The position numbers and the translations under genes are program-made. DNA of 64,000 nucleotides from the human T2T-CHM13v2.0 reference genome, Homo sapiens, in NCBI GenBank assembly GCA_009914755.4, contig CP068257.2:35968001-36032000 (forward strand). The letters run 5' to 3'. Shown piece by piece: positions 42,280 through 54,425 of this stretch. A model generated the notes under the pieces. That model had not been told where the DNA came from. It was given only the letters and a program-made list of their open reading frames with translations, and searched no databases. The number at the start of each line of letters is the position of its first letter. Position 1 is the stretch's first letter.

Positions 42280-43690
42280 AGAATCTGTCTAATTATTAGC
42301 TGATCACTAAATTAACTGAGCAGAGACTTTAGTGGCCATATACACAAAAAGTACAGACCTTACAAAATTAGCTCAGGAAAGTTACTAAAAAACAAATAGC
42401 AATGGCAACAAAAAACTCTGAAAAGGAGGGAGAATCTGATTTTCAGGGTTACTACATTATATTACTTAAAATGCCTGTTTTCAACAAAAATTTATGACAC
42501 ATGCAAAGAAATAAGAAAGTATGTCCCATACACAGGAAGGCAAGCAGTCAATAGAAACTGTCCTTGAGGAAGCCTAGGCATTGGATTCACTAGAGAAAGA
42601 CTTTAAATCAGCTATTTGAAATATGTTCAAAGAACTAAAAGAAGCCATGTCTAAAGAACAAAAGGAAATTAGGGAAACACTGTTTCCCCAAATAAAGAAT
42701 ATCAATAATAAAAATAAGTTACATGTAAAATCCCAACATAAATTCTGAAGTAAAAAGTATAATAAATGAAAGAAAAGAATTACTACAGGAACTTAACAGA
42801 TTTGAGCTGGCAGAAGAGAATCAGTGAGCCTGAATATAGGTCAGTTGAAATTATTGAGGTATAGAAAGAAAAAAGAATGGAGAAAAATGAACAGTGCCTC
42901 AGAGACCTGTGGGACAGAGCAAGCATACCAACGTACGCATAATAGGAGCTCCAGAAGGAGAGTATAAAGAGAAAATAGCAGAAGGATTATGTGAAGACGT
43001 AATGACTGGAAAGTCTTTAGTTCAATGAAAACCATTAATCTATACATCTAAAAAACTTAACAAACCACAAGTAAGGTGAACCCAAAGAGATTCACACTGA
43101 GACACATCATAATCAAACTGTTGAAACATGACGATGAAGGTAGAATCTTGAAGGCAGCAAAAGATAAACAACTCATTACATGCAAGTGATTTTCAATGAT
43201 ATTAATAGCTTATTCCTCATTAGAAACCATGGAAGCCAGAAGGCCATGAGAAGACATTATTAAAAGCACTGAAAGAAAAAGACTGGCAACCAAGATTCCA
43301 TATCCAGCAAAATTATCCTTCACAAATGAAGGAGAAATGAAGCCATTCCATGAACAAAAATGGAGAGACTTTGTTGCTAGCAGACTTGTACTCCAAGAAA
43401 TAATAAACGGAGTCCTTCAGACTAAAATAAAAAGACACTAGATAGTAACTCAGATGAGAACAGGTGTGTTCAGGGTGGTATGGCCATAGACTAGACCGTA
43501 ACTCAAATCCACATGAAGAAATAAAGAACACTGGAAAAAGTAACTACATAGGTAAATATAAATGTTTTTCTCCAGCATGATTTTAAGGTTATTCCATTTT
43601 ATGGCAATTATACTATTCCATTATATGAATATATCATGGTTTTATTTAATCAATAAAACAAAGTGATCCAAAATATGTGGTGGGTCTGTT
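42280..43690 (+). mobile_element. Old L1 (L1M-type) 5' region/ORF1 fragment
   Basis: '…ctagagaaagactttaaatcagctatttgaaatatgttcaaagaactaaaagaagccatgtctaaagaac…', '…gtcagttgaaattattgaggtatagaaagaaaaaagaatggagaaaaatgaacagtgcctcagagacctgtgggacag…' and '…attacatgcaagtgattttcaatgatattaatagcttattcctcattagaaaccatggaagccagaaggc…' are recognisable L1 ORF1 segments. 5' boundary uncertain. Confidence 0.65.
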
Positions 43691-44115
43691 TGTTGGGGGA
43701 AATATTAATAATATTGGCTTGGTTTGTGTAGGTTGTCTTAAGTGTACTATTATGGGCTGAATTGTGCACCCCCACCCCCACATTCATATGCTGAAGTCCT
43801 AATCTCCGGTATTTCAGAATGTGACATGTTTGAGATGGGATCTTTAAAGAGTTAATCAAATTAAAATAAGGTCATACTGGTGGGCCCTAGTCCAATATAA
43901 TTGATGTCCTTATAAGAAGAGGAAATTAGGACACAGACACACACAGAGGAAAGATTATGTGAACAGAGGGAGGAGATGGCCATCTACAAGCCAAGGAGAG
44001 GGGTCTCAGAAGAACCAGCCCTGTTCACATTTTGTTCTCAGACATCTACCATCCAGCCTTGTGAGAAAATAAATTTCTGATGTTTAAGCCACTCAGTCTG
44101 TGGTACTTTGTTATG
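43690..44115 (+). mobile_element. MLT1 (MaLR) LTR, sense
   Basis: 'tgtgcacccccacccccacattcatatgctgaagtcctaatctcc…gggccctagtccaatataattgatgtccttataagaagagg…ctacaagccaaggagagggg…gagaaaataaatttctgatgtttaagccactcagtctgtggtactttgttatggcagc' matches the MLT1 consensus in forward orientation. Confidence 0.7.
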
Positions 44116-44504
44116 GCAGCAAACTCAATACACTTACTGACTTCTATAGGGAGAGGAAAATACCTTTCCGTAGTGCCATTTGAAGAGGAGTATTTAATTT
44201 ATGTAATAAGTAAGATTTAAGTAAATGCTCATGGATGCTTTTCCAATTTTTATTCATTTTTATATCAGAACTCATTTAAAAAAGGATAAAAAAGAATATT
44301 AATGTTTGCCTATCAGTAAAATATTAAAAAGTATTTCTGGGGTAAATTGATAATTTTCTTCAGAAAAATTCCTGTCTTACGTATTGACTTAGGTCCCAGT
44401 CCAGTCTTTAAAACTGTGATGTTTTACTGAATTTGGAAAAGTAGCAAAATAAAACCAACTGAGTTAGCCTCATAAGCAAGGCAGAACTGCCAAGATGACA
44501 TCTC

Positions 44505-44530
44505 TGTGTGTGTGTGTGTGTGTGTGTGGT
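44505..44530. repeat. (TG)13 microsatellite
   Basis: 'tgtgtgtgtgtgtgtgtgtgtgtggtg'. Confidence 0.85.
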
Positions 44531-44682
44531 GTTTATGTTCCATATCAGGGACATCATCATAAAGGCTCCCAGAACTAGGTTATTTTGTGAGTAAAGTACT
44601 TTCTGGAAAAAGAGATGCTTCATTTGGTGAAGAGCAAAACGTGGAAAACCTGATCTTGATCTCCTTTGAGCATGCAGTCATA

Positions 44683-45005
44683 GGTGTCTGTTTTTCTTAT
44701 TGTATTGTGAATGCCTTGAGGATCTATTTGTCTTGTTTATTTCCATATTCCTTAGCATTTGCACAGTGCTTCAATATTGGAGGTTCCCAATAAGTACTTG
44801 CTAAGTGAAAAGAGTGGACTTGGGGAACTATACAGAAACAGCTTAATATTGTTCGTTGGCCATGTCTGAATTTATTATTAAATAAAAAGATGGCTTGTGA
44901 GTCATTAGAAAAGAAAGTGGGAGATTTCTGCTTCCATCATCATGTCAGTCTGCATATGAAGGACCCTTAGCTAAGATATAACACAATGCTGGAAAATTAC
45001 AAAAT
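44683..45005 (+). repeat. Local segmental duplicate, copy A (~320 bp; ~88% identical to 45441-45775)
   Basis: '…ctgtttttcttattgtattgtgaatgccttgaggatctatttgtcttgtttatttccatattccttagcatttgcacagtgcttcaatattggaggttccc…gtcattagaaaagaaagtgggagatttctgcttcc…' recurs with point differences 760 bp downstream. Confidence 0.7.
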
Positions 45006-45039
45006 GTCTTACCTTTCGTTTTATGTATTTGACAAGTAA

Positions 45040-45235
45040 AAATTATACATATTGATGGTGTACATGATATTTTGATATACGTGTATGTTGTGAAAAGGCT
45101 AAGTCTAGCTAATTAACATAGCCATTACCTCACACACTTATTTTTTTGTTGTGAGAACATTTAAAATCTACTCTTAGCAATTTTTGGGTATATAATGCAT
45201 TGTTGTTAATGGTAGTTGCCATTTGCATTTCTATT
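45040..45235 (+). mobile_element. L1 3'-UTR fragment lying between the two duplicate copies
   Basis: 'tatacatattgatggtgtacatgatattttgatatacgtgtatgttgtgaaaaggctaagtctagctaattaacatagccattacctcacacacttatttttttgttgtgagaacatttaaaatctactcttagcaatttt…' matches the L1PB/L1MA 3' UTR consensus. Confidence 0.55.
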
Positions 45236-45440
45236 TTTGTGACAGTGCTTGTCCTCTCCTTTATCTTGAATGCCCTTCCCATAGTAAAATGCTGCTCATC
45301 TTTCAAGAGCTAACTAATGTGTGGTCTCCTTTCCAAAGCACATTGTGACCAACCAGTCTCTTGCTGGAACTATCGAGTTCCAGGCCACCATAACACTTCA
45401 GTGACCTATCACAGCACTTATCAGAGTGTTTTACAGCAGT

Positions 45441-45775
45441 TATATGTGTCTGTTTTCCTTGCTGAATTGTGAATGCCCTGAGGATCTATTGGTCTTATTT
45501 CCATATTCCTTAGCATTTAGCACAGTGCTTCAACATTGGAGGTTCCCAGCAAGTACTTATGGTTAAGTGAAAAGAGTAGACTTAGAGAACCATACAGAAA
45601 CAGCTTAATATCGTTCATTGGCCATGTCTGAAATGTATTATTAATGTTAAATAAAAAGATTGCTTGTGAGTCATTAGAAAAGAAAGTGGGAGATTACTGC
45701 TTCCAGCGTCATGTCTGTCTGCAGATGAAGGACCCTCAGCTAAAATATAATACAATGCTGGAAAAGTACAAAATT
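45441..45775 (+). repeat. Local segmental duplicate, copy B
   Basis: See copy A. '…ctgttttccttgctgaattgtgaatgccctgaggatctattggtcttatttccatattccttagcatttagcacagtgcttcaacattggaggttccc…gtcattagaaaagaaagtgggagattactgcttcc…'. Confidence 0.7.
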
Positions 45776-45959
45776 CATAATTTGAATTAAACCTGAGTTC
45801 AATAAAAGCAAGAGATGAGCCTTCTGGGGCTGGTGAAGAGGGAATAACACGCCTATTCCTTCCCACCAAGTATAGTTGAGGCCTCTGGACAATGTACAAA
45901 ATGAAACCACCTGAAGACTCTAGAAAGTTCACAATAGCAGGACGATTGGAGAAGGGAGT

Positions 45960-48477
45960 CAAAACTTGAGGAATGAATCGTCTGAGGATAAATTTTTCTG
46001 CCTTCCTCTTTTATTTTCTGGCTTTAACCTGAGAGTGGCCCCAGTGTAGAACTGGGGCCCCAATGCAGAACAAGTGCTGGCAAGAAAATCTCAGAGAGAA
46101 ACCCTGCCTTTCTAACCGGAGGACCAGGAAAAGGTGCTGCTGTGAGTCAGAGACGGGAGTGGGAATCCCCGTTAATTGAGTGTGAGGACTTCCCCACCAG
46201 CCCTGAGTGCAGCCTTTGTCCTCAGCTGCTCTGCAGTGCAGCGGTGACACAGGTGCCAAAAACTGAGAGAGAGCCTGTCTTTTTGGACCGAGTATTGGGA
46301 AAGGGGAATTCCAGGGACCAGAGTTTGTGGCTGCATTTTCCTCTTTCCTCTGACTGCTTTACCCTAAGAGTGGCCCCGATTGTGTAAAACAATGCAGCAG
46401 CCCAGGTGGCTCAAATGCTGAGCAAGTCTTGGCTTTAGAGAAAGAAGTATCAGAAAAGGAGGCCCGGGAGCTGAAAGTGGGGGCCGACCGGGGGGAGGGG
46501 TGGATCTCACAGAGGAGAGAACTGGAGAAGAGGATTTCCAGATTCTGTGTATGAATTGATATAATCGTGAGCTTTGCATGCACAGGACGGAAAACAATAA
46601 GAAAAGATGAACTTAAAAATTACCTCGTTTTGGAATATATGACCACACTTCTAAATGTCAAAGAAGAAACCATAATGGAAATTTGATAGTACTTAGGACT
46701 GAGTGATATTGAAATTCTAAATATAAAAATTAAAGGGCATATAGAAAGTAAGAAAAATTTATATGCCTAAATGCATATATTAGAAAACAAGAAAGTCTGA
46801 ACATTAATGTTTAGAATATTCAACTGAAGACATTAGGAAATGAACAACAGAATTAATTCACGGGAAATAGGCAACAAAGATCATTGTATAAATTAATAAA
46901 ATATAAAACAAGTCAACCACAGTGAGAATCAATAAAGGCAAAAGTTGTTTTTTGAAAAGTCTAGTAAAATAGACAAATCTCTGATCAGACTGGCCAAGTA
47001 AAAGGTGTAGAAGGCAAAAATAAATGGCATTGGGAACTCAAAGGTATACATAACTTTAGAAACAGCAGAGACTGAAAACACAAAAGGAGATTATAATAAC
47101 TTAAAAATATAGACGAAATGGACAATTTTCTAAATCATATAAATTACCAATACTTATTTAAGTAAAAATAAAAAGCAGAGATACCTTATAACCAATTATG
47201 AAATTGAGCCAGTGATTAAAAACTTGCCATAAAGAAATTACAAAGCCCAGACAATCTTAAAGATGAGTTCAATGAAATATTCTAGGAAGAAATCATGATA
47301 ATTTTACATAAACTCTCCTAGGAAATAGAAGAATCATTTCCTAACTCATTCTATAAGGCAAATAATCTTGATAATAAAGTCATAAATATAGTACAAGAAA
47401 GAGAGAAAAAAAGGGAGAACACAAGCCCATATTATTCACTTGTGTAGCTACAAGAATCCTAGAAGAAATATTAGCAAACCAAATCTAACAGTTTAGAAAA
47501 AAAGACACCATGATCAAGTTGGGTTTATTCCAAGGAATGCAAGGGTGGTTTAACCTTAGAATACTGATCATATAATTTATCATGTTAAAAGATTGAAAGA
47601 TCATTTAAATATGTGCATAGAATTCATTTGATAAAATTCAAAAACCACTTATGATGAAACTTCTTAATAAACTTTGAATATGAGACCAACTGTATCTACC
47701 AAAAATCTAAACAATCATTATTTTTGATGATGATGATGATCAAAAGTTAGGATTGTTTAAAGTCAGGACCAGTGATTTTAAATACAGATGCAGTAAATGC
47801 TTGCTATCACCTTTTCTATTCAGTATTTTACCAAAGGCCTTTGCCAGTAAAAATAAGATAAATACAATAATTTGATTCAAAAATAAATGAAACTTTCATT
47901 ATTTGCAGATAATATAACTGTGTACATAGAAAATCCACAAGAGTAGTACAACTATTAGGATTACTAAGAATGTTTAGCAAGGTGGCTAGAATTTAAAAAT
48001 CTATGCAGAAAACTTATGTATCTTTTTATATACCAGCAACAAATAAAAGACATAACAGCAACCCTTCACCATTTCCTCTAGCAACAAAAAAAACCCTAGA
48101 AATCAATCTAATAATAGAAATATAAAACCTTTATGACAATTTACAAATTATACAATTTGGGAGACAGTAAGGAAGATTTAAATAAATGGAGAGATATATC
48201 ATGTTCATGGATAGGATGATTAAACATCCTAAAGATGTCAGTTTTTCCCAAGTTACTTTATAGATTCAATACAATCCCAACAAAACATTCTTAAAGTCAA
48301 AAAAAAAATGGATTTGACAAATCCTTTCTTACACCATGAGGAAGTACAAAGACTCAAAAGTCAAAACACTCCTGGAGAAGAACAAACTGTAGGGACTCAC
48401 TCTATTAGATCACAGGACATATTTAGTAAGTATGGACATGTGCAACAGGAAACACGTATGATTATGTTCATAGCAGT
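45960..48477 (+). mobile_element. Old L1 (5'UTR with internal repeats, ORF1/ORF2 portions, internally deleted)
   Basis: The 46000-46560 stretch has L1-5'UTR-like internal repeats ('…agagtggccccagtgtagaactgggg…'). Downstream reads as degenerate L1 ORF2 (…'caagttgggtttattccaaggaatgcaagggtggtttaacc', 'caagttactttatagattcaatacaatcccaa'…). Sequence jumps indicate deletions. Interrupted at 48477 by a MaLR LTR. Confidence 0.65.
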
Positions 48478-48881
48478 TGTTATACTTTGGATATTTGTCC
48501 TCTCCAAATCCCAGGTTGAAATTGGATCCCCAGTGTTGAGGGTGGGGCCTGATGGAAGGTGTTTGGGTCATGGGGTGCTTGGTGCCACGCCCAAGGTAAT
48601 GAGTAAGTTCTCGTTCTATCAGTTCTCATGAGAACTGACTGTTTAAAAAGAGCCTGGCACCTCCATCCCCTCTCTCTCTTCCTTTCTCTCTTGCCATGTG
48701 AGCGTCATGCACCTGCTCCCTTTTCCCCTTCTGCAATGAGTGGAAGCTTCCTGAAGCCCTCACCAGAGGCCGGGGCCATGCTTCCTGTACAGCCTGCAGA
48801 ATCAAGAACCAAATGAACCTCTTTTCTTCATAAATTACCCAGCCTCAGGTATTCCTTTATAGTAACACAATGAACTAGGAC
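48478..48881 (+). mobile_element. MaLR LTR (MST/THE1-like) inserted into the L1, with 5-bp TSD
   Basis: 'tgttatactttggatatttgtcctctccaaatcccaggttgaaattggatccccagtgttgagggtggggcctgatggaaggtg…catgcttcctgtacagcctgcagaatcaagaaccaaatgaacctcttttcttcataaattacccagcctcaggtattcctttatagtaacacaatgaactaggaca' matches the THE1/MST consensus. L1 'gcagt' is duplicated at 48471-48475 and 48882-48886. Confidence 0.75.
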
Positions 48882-49131
48882 AGCAGTATCATTTTTAACA
48901 AATTGGAAACAACCCAACTGTCCATTGACAGACAATGGCATATATTCACCTAGTGGAATTTTAAGAAGTACTAATAAGTAAATTACACATGCAGGGTCTA
49001 ATATAGATGAATCTTAGAAACATAATATTCCACAAAAAAGCAAGTTTTATAAAATTTAAAAATATACCACTTTTATGAAGTTAAAATAAGCATAAGTGAA
49101 TAATATAGTATTTAGGAATACATACAAATCA
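48882..49131 (+). mobile_element. L1 3' end (continuation of 45960-48477 after the MaLR insertion)
   Basis: 'gcagtatcatttttaacaaattggaaacaacccaactgtccattgacagacaatggcatatattcacctagtggaatt…' corresponds to the L1 ORF2 C-terminus/3'UTR ('…cattattcacaatagccaaaaagtggaaacaacccaaatgtccatcaactgatgaatgg…'). Confidence 0.7.
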
Positions 49132-49427
49132 TTTTTTTTTTTTTTTCAGACAGAGTCTCACTCTGTCACCCAGGCTGGAGTGCAGTGGCATGATCTTGGC
49201 TCATTGCAGTTTCTCCCTCCTGGGTTCAAGTGATTCTTGTGTCTCAGCCTCCTGAGGAGCTGGGATTACAGGCTTGCACCACCACGGCTGCTAATTTTTG
49301 TATTTTTTGTAGAGATGGGTTTCGCCATGTTGGCCAGGCTGGTCTCGAACTCCTGGCCTCAAGTGATCTGCCCACCTTGGCCTCCCAAAGTGTGGGATTA
49401 CAGGCATGAGCCACCATGCACAGCCAA
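49132..49427 (-). mobile_element. Alu, antisense, inserted at the L1 3' terminus
   Basis: Poly-T 49132-49146, then the antisense Alu consensus to '…ccaccatgcacagcc'. TSD 'aaatcattt' (49125-49133) / 'aaatcacttt' (49428-49437). Confidence 0.9.
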
Positions 49428-49596
49428 ATCACTTTGTGGTTTTTTTTAAAGAAAGCAAGGGAATGTTAAAAACAAGTAGTTATATTGGGGTGAGAAAGGA
49501 ATATAGAAGTAGATATAATGGTTAGCAGTGTTCTAGCTCTTAAATTGAGTGGCCAAGTTACAAGTATTTTATATAATATTACTTTATTTTATTTAT

Positions 49597-49886
49597 TTAT
49601 TATTTTGAGATGGAGTCTTACTCTGTTGCCCAGGCTGGAGTGCAGTGGTGTGATCTGGGCTTACTGCAACCTCCGCCTCCCAGGTTCAAGAGATCCTTCC
49701 CCCAAGCCTCCCAAGTAGCTTGGAGTATAGGCGCTTGCCAGCACGCCCGGCTAATTTTTGTATTTTTAGTAGAGATGGGGTTTTGCCATGTTGGACAGGC
49801 TGGTCTCGAATTCCTGACCTCAGGTGATCTGCCTGCCTCAGCCTCCCAAAGTGCTGGGATTACAGGTGTGAGCCACCGCACCTGGC
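49597..49886 (-). mobile_element. Alu (younger), antisense, inserted into the A-tail of the neighbouring Alu
   Basis: Antisense Alu 'gagatggagtcttactctgttgcccaggctggagtgcagtggtgtgatctgggc…gtgtgagccaccgcacctggcc'. T-rich TSD 'tattatttt' directly on both sides (49587-49596, 49887-49896). Confidence 0.9.
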
Positions 49887-49896
49887 CTATTATTTT

Positions 49897-50185
49897 GTTT
49901 TTTTGAGACAGGGTCTCTCTCTGTTGCCCAGGCTGTAATGCAGTGGCAAGATCTTGGCTCACTGCAGCCTCAACCTCCCCAGGCTTAGGTGATCCTCCCA
50001 CTTCAGCCTCCTGAGTAGCTGGGATTACAGGCATGTGCCACCACACCTGACTATTTTTGTATTTTTTGTAGAGATGGGTTTTTGCCATGTTGCCCAGGCT
50101 GGTCACGAGTTTCCAAGCTCAATTGATCTGTCTGCCTTAGCCTCCCAAAGTGTTGGGATTACAGGCATGCGCCACCACACCCAGC
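49897..50185 (-). mobile_element. Alu (older of the nested pair), antisense
   Basis: 'gagacagggtctctctctgttgcccaggctgtaatgcagtggcaagatcttggctcactgcagcc…caggcatgcgccaccacacccagc'. Its TSD 'ttacaagtRtttta' brackets the whole Alu-Alu pair (49556-49572 and 50189-50204). Confidence 0.9.
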
Positions 50186-51867
50186 TAAATTACAAGTGTT
50201 TTATTATCACATTTTATAACAATATGTGAGGTACATTATTTTGTACTTATCAAGTACTATATTAAAAAATCACCTAATTCCATTTTTGTTGGAAATTTTT
50301 TGTATTACACTGCTTGTAATTATTCATGCAAAGGTCCTTCTTGTTCAGTGTTTTCAGAACCATTAACTATTCACGTATTTGGTGGTGGGTAGGGGAGAGC
50401 TACTGGTCTAAGTCCTGGGCTCTGAAGGTCTGAGAACGTGGAGTACTGATGTCTGAGGGAGAGGATGGACACCCATCTCTAGAAGAGAGAGCTGATTTCC
50501 CTTTTCCCTGCCTTTTCCCTGTTCTATCTGGGTCCTCAATGGATTGGATGGTGCCCACCCACACAGGTGAGGGCAGATCTTCTTTACTCACTTCAGATTC
50601 AAATGCCAGTCTCTTCTGGAAACACCCTCACAGACACACCCATAAATAATGTCTTATTAGCTACCTGGGTATCCCCAGCGCAGTCAAACTGACACGCAAA
50701 CTCACCCAGGACAGGAAGGCTGCTTGATTTCCACAGTGTTGTCTGAACTAAGTTATTTCTCCAAAGGGTGTGTAGGAGTGTGCGTGTGTGCGTAGCTTTT
50801 AACAATTATTTCATTCCGCAGTTTCTCCACTGAGAGCTTCTCTGTCTGGATGCCTAGTTATTCTTCCAAGAGTTAAGCTTGCAGGGACATGCATGCAAAC
50901 AACCTGTCTTTGGGTGGCCGTTTCATTCCCAATAAGACCATGTGAGAAGGAGAGCTTGGAGGGGAAGGGAGTGCGTGTTACGGGTGGTGATTGCAAAGCT
51001 CACTCTGCCTAGGATCCAGGAAAACAGACTGAAACATAGCTAAGGAATGTGCCATAGGCACTGAGCAAACACAGGGGCAGGCCCTGCAAGATGGAGATTT
51101 AACAGGCAAAGCCCTATTTTTAGATCCTGTGACAAATTATGGTGGGAGAAGTTTGTGTGCAGAATACCAATATGATGAAAGTCATCCTCATGAGAGAACC
51201 CCCTGGACAAAGCCAGAGGTATAGTCAATACATAGACAATACATGAAAACAGCCTGGAGGATATGATTCCAATAAAATTAGATGGATACAAACCACTCTC
51301 ACCACTTCTGAATACTGTAAAATGAATCTGTATTGCCAATATTCAAAAACAGAACTGATTGTAGACACTTAACCATTTTATTTCAAACACCAGGCTACAT
51401 AGATGATGTTTTCCTTTTCCTTTACTCCTGTGCCCATTCTCAATAAGAACTGTGCTGAATCAGTGCAGTAATAAAGTGTTGTGCACTTAGAAGTCAGTGC
51501 TGGGTCGCTTTTCATGTGGGAGAATGATGTTGGTGATTAACCAAGCCCAGTGTCAAAAAGAAGCAGGATAGTGTGATTTCTGGCATAATCATGGTTTTAG
51601 TTCATTAGGTTTTGCCAACTGCCGAACATTTAAATAACGATGAGCCCTGCCCTAGGCTCAGGTTAAAAATCCCTTCAATGAACAGTTGTGTTTCTTCTAT
51701 TACCCAAATATTAGAGGGCCAGTGAGGGTCACCTCCAGTTATGCAAAAACAAATGGAAGTGTGGATTTTTAAAAATGTCTAAAAAAGATCCTACATGTGT
51801 ACTCCTAATTCTATTCTCACCAAGGTCATTGATAAGTGTATAAATTAAGTATTGAATTAAGTAAGAA

Positions 51868-52040
51868 ATGTTATTTATTGAGTGTTTACTGTGTGCTGGG
51901 CTCAGTGTGTGCTCGGTGTGAGCCAACCATCTGGTCCCTGAAACAGTCTTCTCAGACAGATGCTATGATCTTATGTGTGAGCAAACTAAGGCAAAGACAG
52001 ATTAAGTAACTTCTCTGGGTCACATAGTGCTGTGGATTGA
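51868..52040 (-). mobile_element. MIR SINE fragment (antisense), truncated by MLT1
   Basis: 'ttatttattgagtgtttactgtgtgctgggctcagtgtg…gcaaactaaggcaaagacagattaagtaacttctctgggtcacatagtgctgtgg' parallels antisense MIR (…tatttattgagcgcttactatgtgccaggcactgttctaagcgc…gaggcacagagaggttaagtaacttgcccaaggtcacacagctagtaagtgg). Confidence 0.6.
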
Positions 52041-52400
52041 ATATCATGCCCCAAAATTCATATTCAAAGCCCTGACCTCCAATATGACTGTATCTGGAGA
52101 ACTGGCCTTAGGGAGATAAGTTAAGTCAAATGAGATCATAAGAATGGGTATCCTTAAGAGGAAGAGACAACAGAGCATGTGTACGCTCTTTCTACATGCA
52201 CACAGAAGAGGCCGTGTGAGGACACAGCAAGAAGGTGGTTGTCCTACAAGCTAGGCAGAGAGCCCTAAGCAGAAGCCAACCCTGCTGACACCTTGATCTT
52301 GGACTTTCAGCCTCTAGAACTGTAAGGAAATACATTTCTCCTGTTAAAGCCACTGAGTCTGGTATGTTGCTGTGGCAGCCTAAGCAGACAAGTAGGTACA
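52036..52400 (+). mobile_element. MLT1 (MaLR) LTR, sense
   Basis: 'tgtggattgaatatcatgccccaaaattcatattcaaagccctgacctccaatatgactgtatctggagaactggccttagggag…ccaaccctgctgacaccttgatcttggactttcagcctctagaactgtaaggaaatacatttctcctgttaaagccactgagtctggtatgttgctgtggcagcctaagcagacaag' matches the MLT1 consensus start to end. Confidence 0.7.
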
Positions 52401-52487
52401 ATAGGTAGTGGGGTGAGGGTTCTCATTTAGGAGGCCAAGCTCCAGAGTCTACGCTGTCAACCACAACACTATTATTTCTACATTTGA

Positions 52488-52817
<330 letters not shown>

Positions 52818-54056
52818 TAAATTTTGATCTTTATAACTGCTATAGTGTCTTACACCTAAAGATTGATAACATATTTTACAAAATAAAATGGAGTGCAAAT
52901 GAATGATCATAGCCAAAGGCATTCTGCACACCAGCACCTGGCCACCATTTGTCCCAAATTGCCACTCCCTTCTGCCTACCATTTCCACCCTCCGCTAGCT
53001 TTCCTTTTAAGCCTGTCCATTCTTACCTCATCTTCCACACAAATGGTGTTTATTCTCTGCCCAAATCTGGGGTCCTGGCTACCATCTTCAGAAAATTGCT
53101 TGCAGACACCAGGCAACCTTCATTTACTTTTAAGAAATCATGAGATAGCCCCAAATCAAATCTCAAACTGCAGGAAACTTCTTCAAATTCTCCCATTCTA
53201 TATTTGTATCTTCCTCCTCCAACAGTAAGAATCTGAATTCTCAACAACCTGTATATGTAGGCTCTCTCCTACAAAACATACAAAACACTTTCGGAACGGT
53301 CACATCCTTAACTCTACTGAGGAATTGCTTATGCAAGACTCAGACCTCACAGCTAAGGACCAGCAATTCCTCCAGTTGAAAAAGAAAATCCCATGTCACC
53401 TTATTTAGCCTGAGGGCTCCCAATAATGTACCAGTAGGTGATGGACCAATCACAAACTGCCCAATGCACTTGAAAGCCAATCAGAAAGCTTCCCTACTTC
53501 CAAAAATTCTACCTAATAGAACACTCACCAAGCAAAGATTATTTGTCTTAAGACTTCCTTCTTTTACTCTATAAAACCCACCCTCCTTTGACTTTTCACT
53601 AGGAGGAAAGTGATGGTAGCAGTCTTCCTTGTATGATCTCAATAAATAGCCTTTTGTTAATTCTACAGATGCACTTTGCCCTTTTGATACCAACAACTAC
53701 AAACCTCTGAGGTAAAACTAAAAATTGCTTGCAATTCTTTTAAATCCTAGAATATTCCCACGAGGTTGTACAATCAAAACACTGTGTTCAAAAGTTACCT
53801 GAACTATTTTTTTTTCTATGTGGTTATGTTATCCATTGCATAAACAGTTAGGTTCCTTTGTTTCTATTTGTGTTTCCCTTTAGGGTTTGCTTTTGTCATT
53901 CTTTTTCTATTTTGTTTTTAAACTTGTAAGCCATTTAAATGGTTCAAAAATTTAGTCAGCACAAAAAGACATATTCAGAAAAGTCTCATTCCCATCCTAA
54001 ACTCCTTCTGCCCACCTCCAATGTGAGGTCATTTTTATTCATTTCTGCTAGATCCT

Positions 54057-54425
54057 TGATATGGTTTGGATTTGTGTCCCTGCCCAAATCTCATGTTGAA
54101 CTGTAATCCTCAATGTTGGAGGTGGCCTGGTGGAAGACGACTGGATCATGGAGGCAGATTTTCCTCTTTGGTGCTGTTCTCATGAGATTTTGTTTAAAAG
54201 TGTGTGGCATTTCCCTGACTCTCTCTCTCTTCCTCCTGCTCCAGCCATGTAAGACATACCTGCTTCCCCTTCCCCTTCTGCCATGATTGTAAATTTCCTG
54301 GGGCTTCCCCAGAATCTGATGCTATCATGCTTCCTGTACAGCCTGCAGATCTGTGAGCCAATTAAACCTCTTTTCTTTATAGATTACCCAGTCTATAGCA
54401 GTGAAAGAATGAACCAATACAATCC
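54057..54425 (+). mobile_element. MST/THE1-type MaLR LTR, sense
   Basis: 'tgatatggtttggatttgtgtccctgcccaaatctcatgttgaactgtaatcctcaatgttggaggtggcctggtgg…ccagccatgtaagacatacctgcttccccttccccttctgccatgattgtaaatttcctggggcttccccag…gccaattaaacctcttttctttatagattacccagtctatagcagtgaaagaatgaaccaatacaa' matches the THE1/MST consensus. Confidence 0.75.

Noticed and set aside
49618-50106. 162-aa minus-strand ORF, and similar 100-130-aa ORFs at 63195-63578, 52554-52820 and 3856-4146
   Set aside because: All lie entirely within Alu elements. They are typical Alu-derived pseudo-ORFs.
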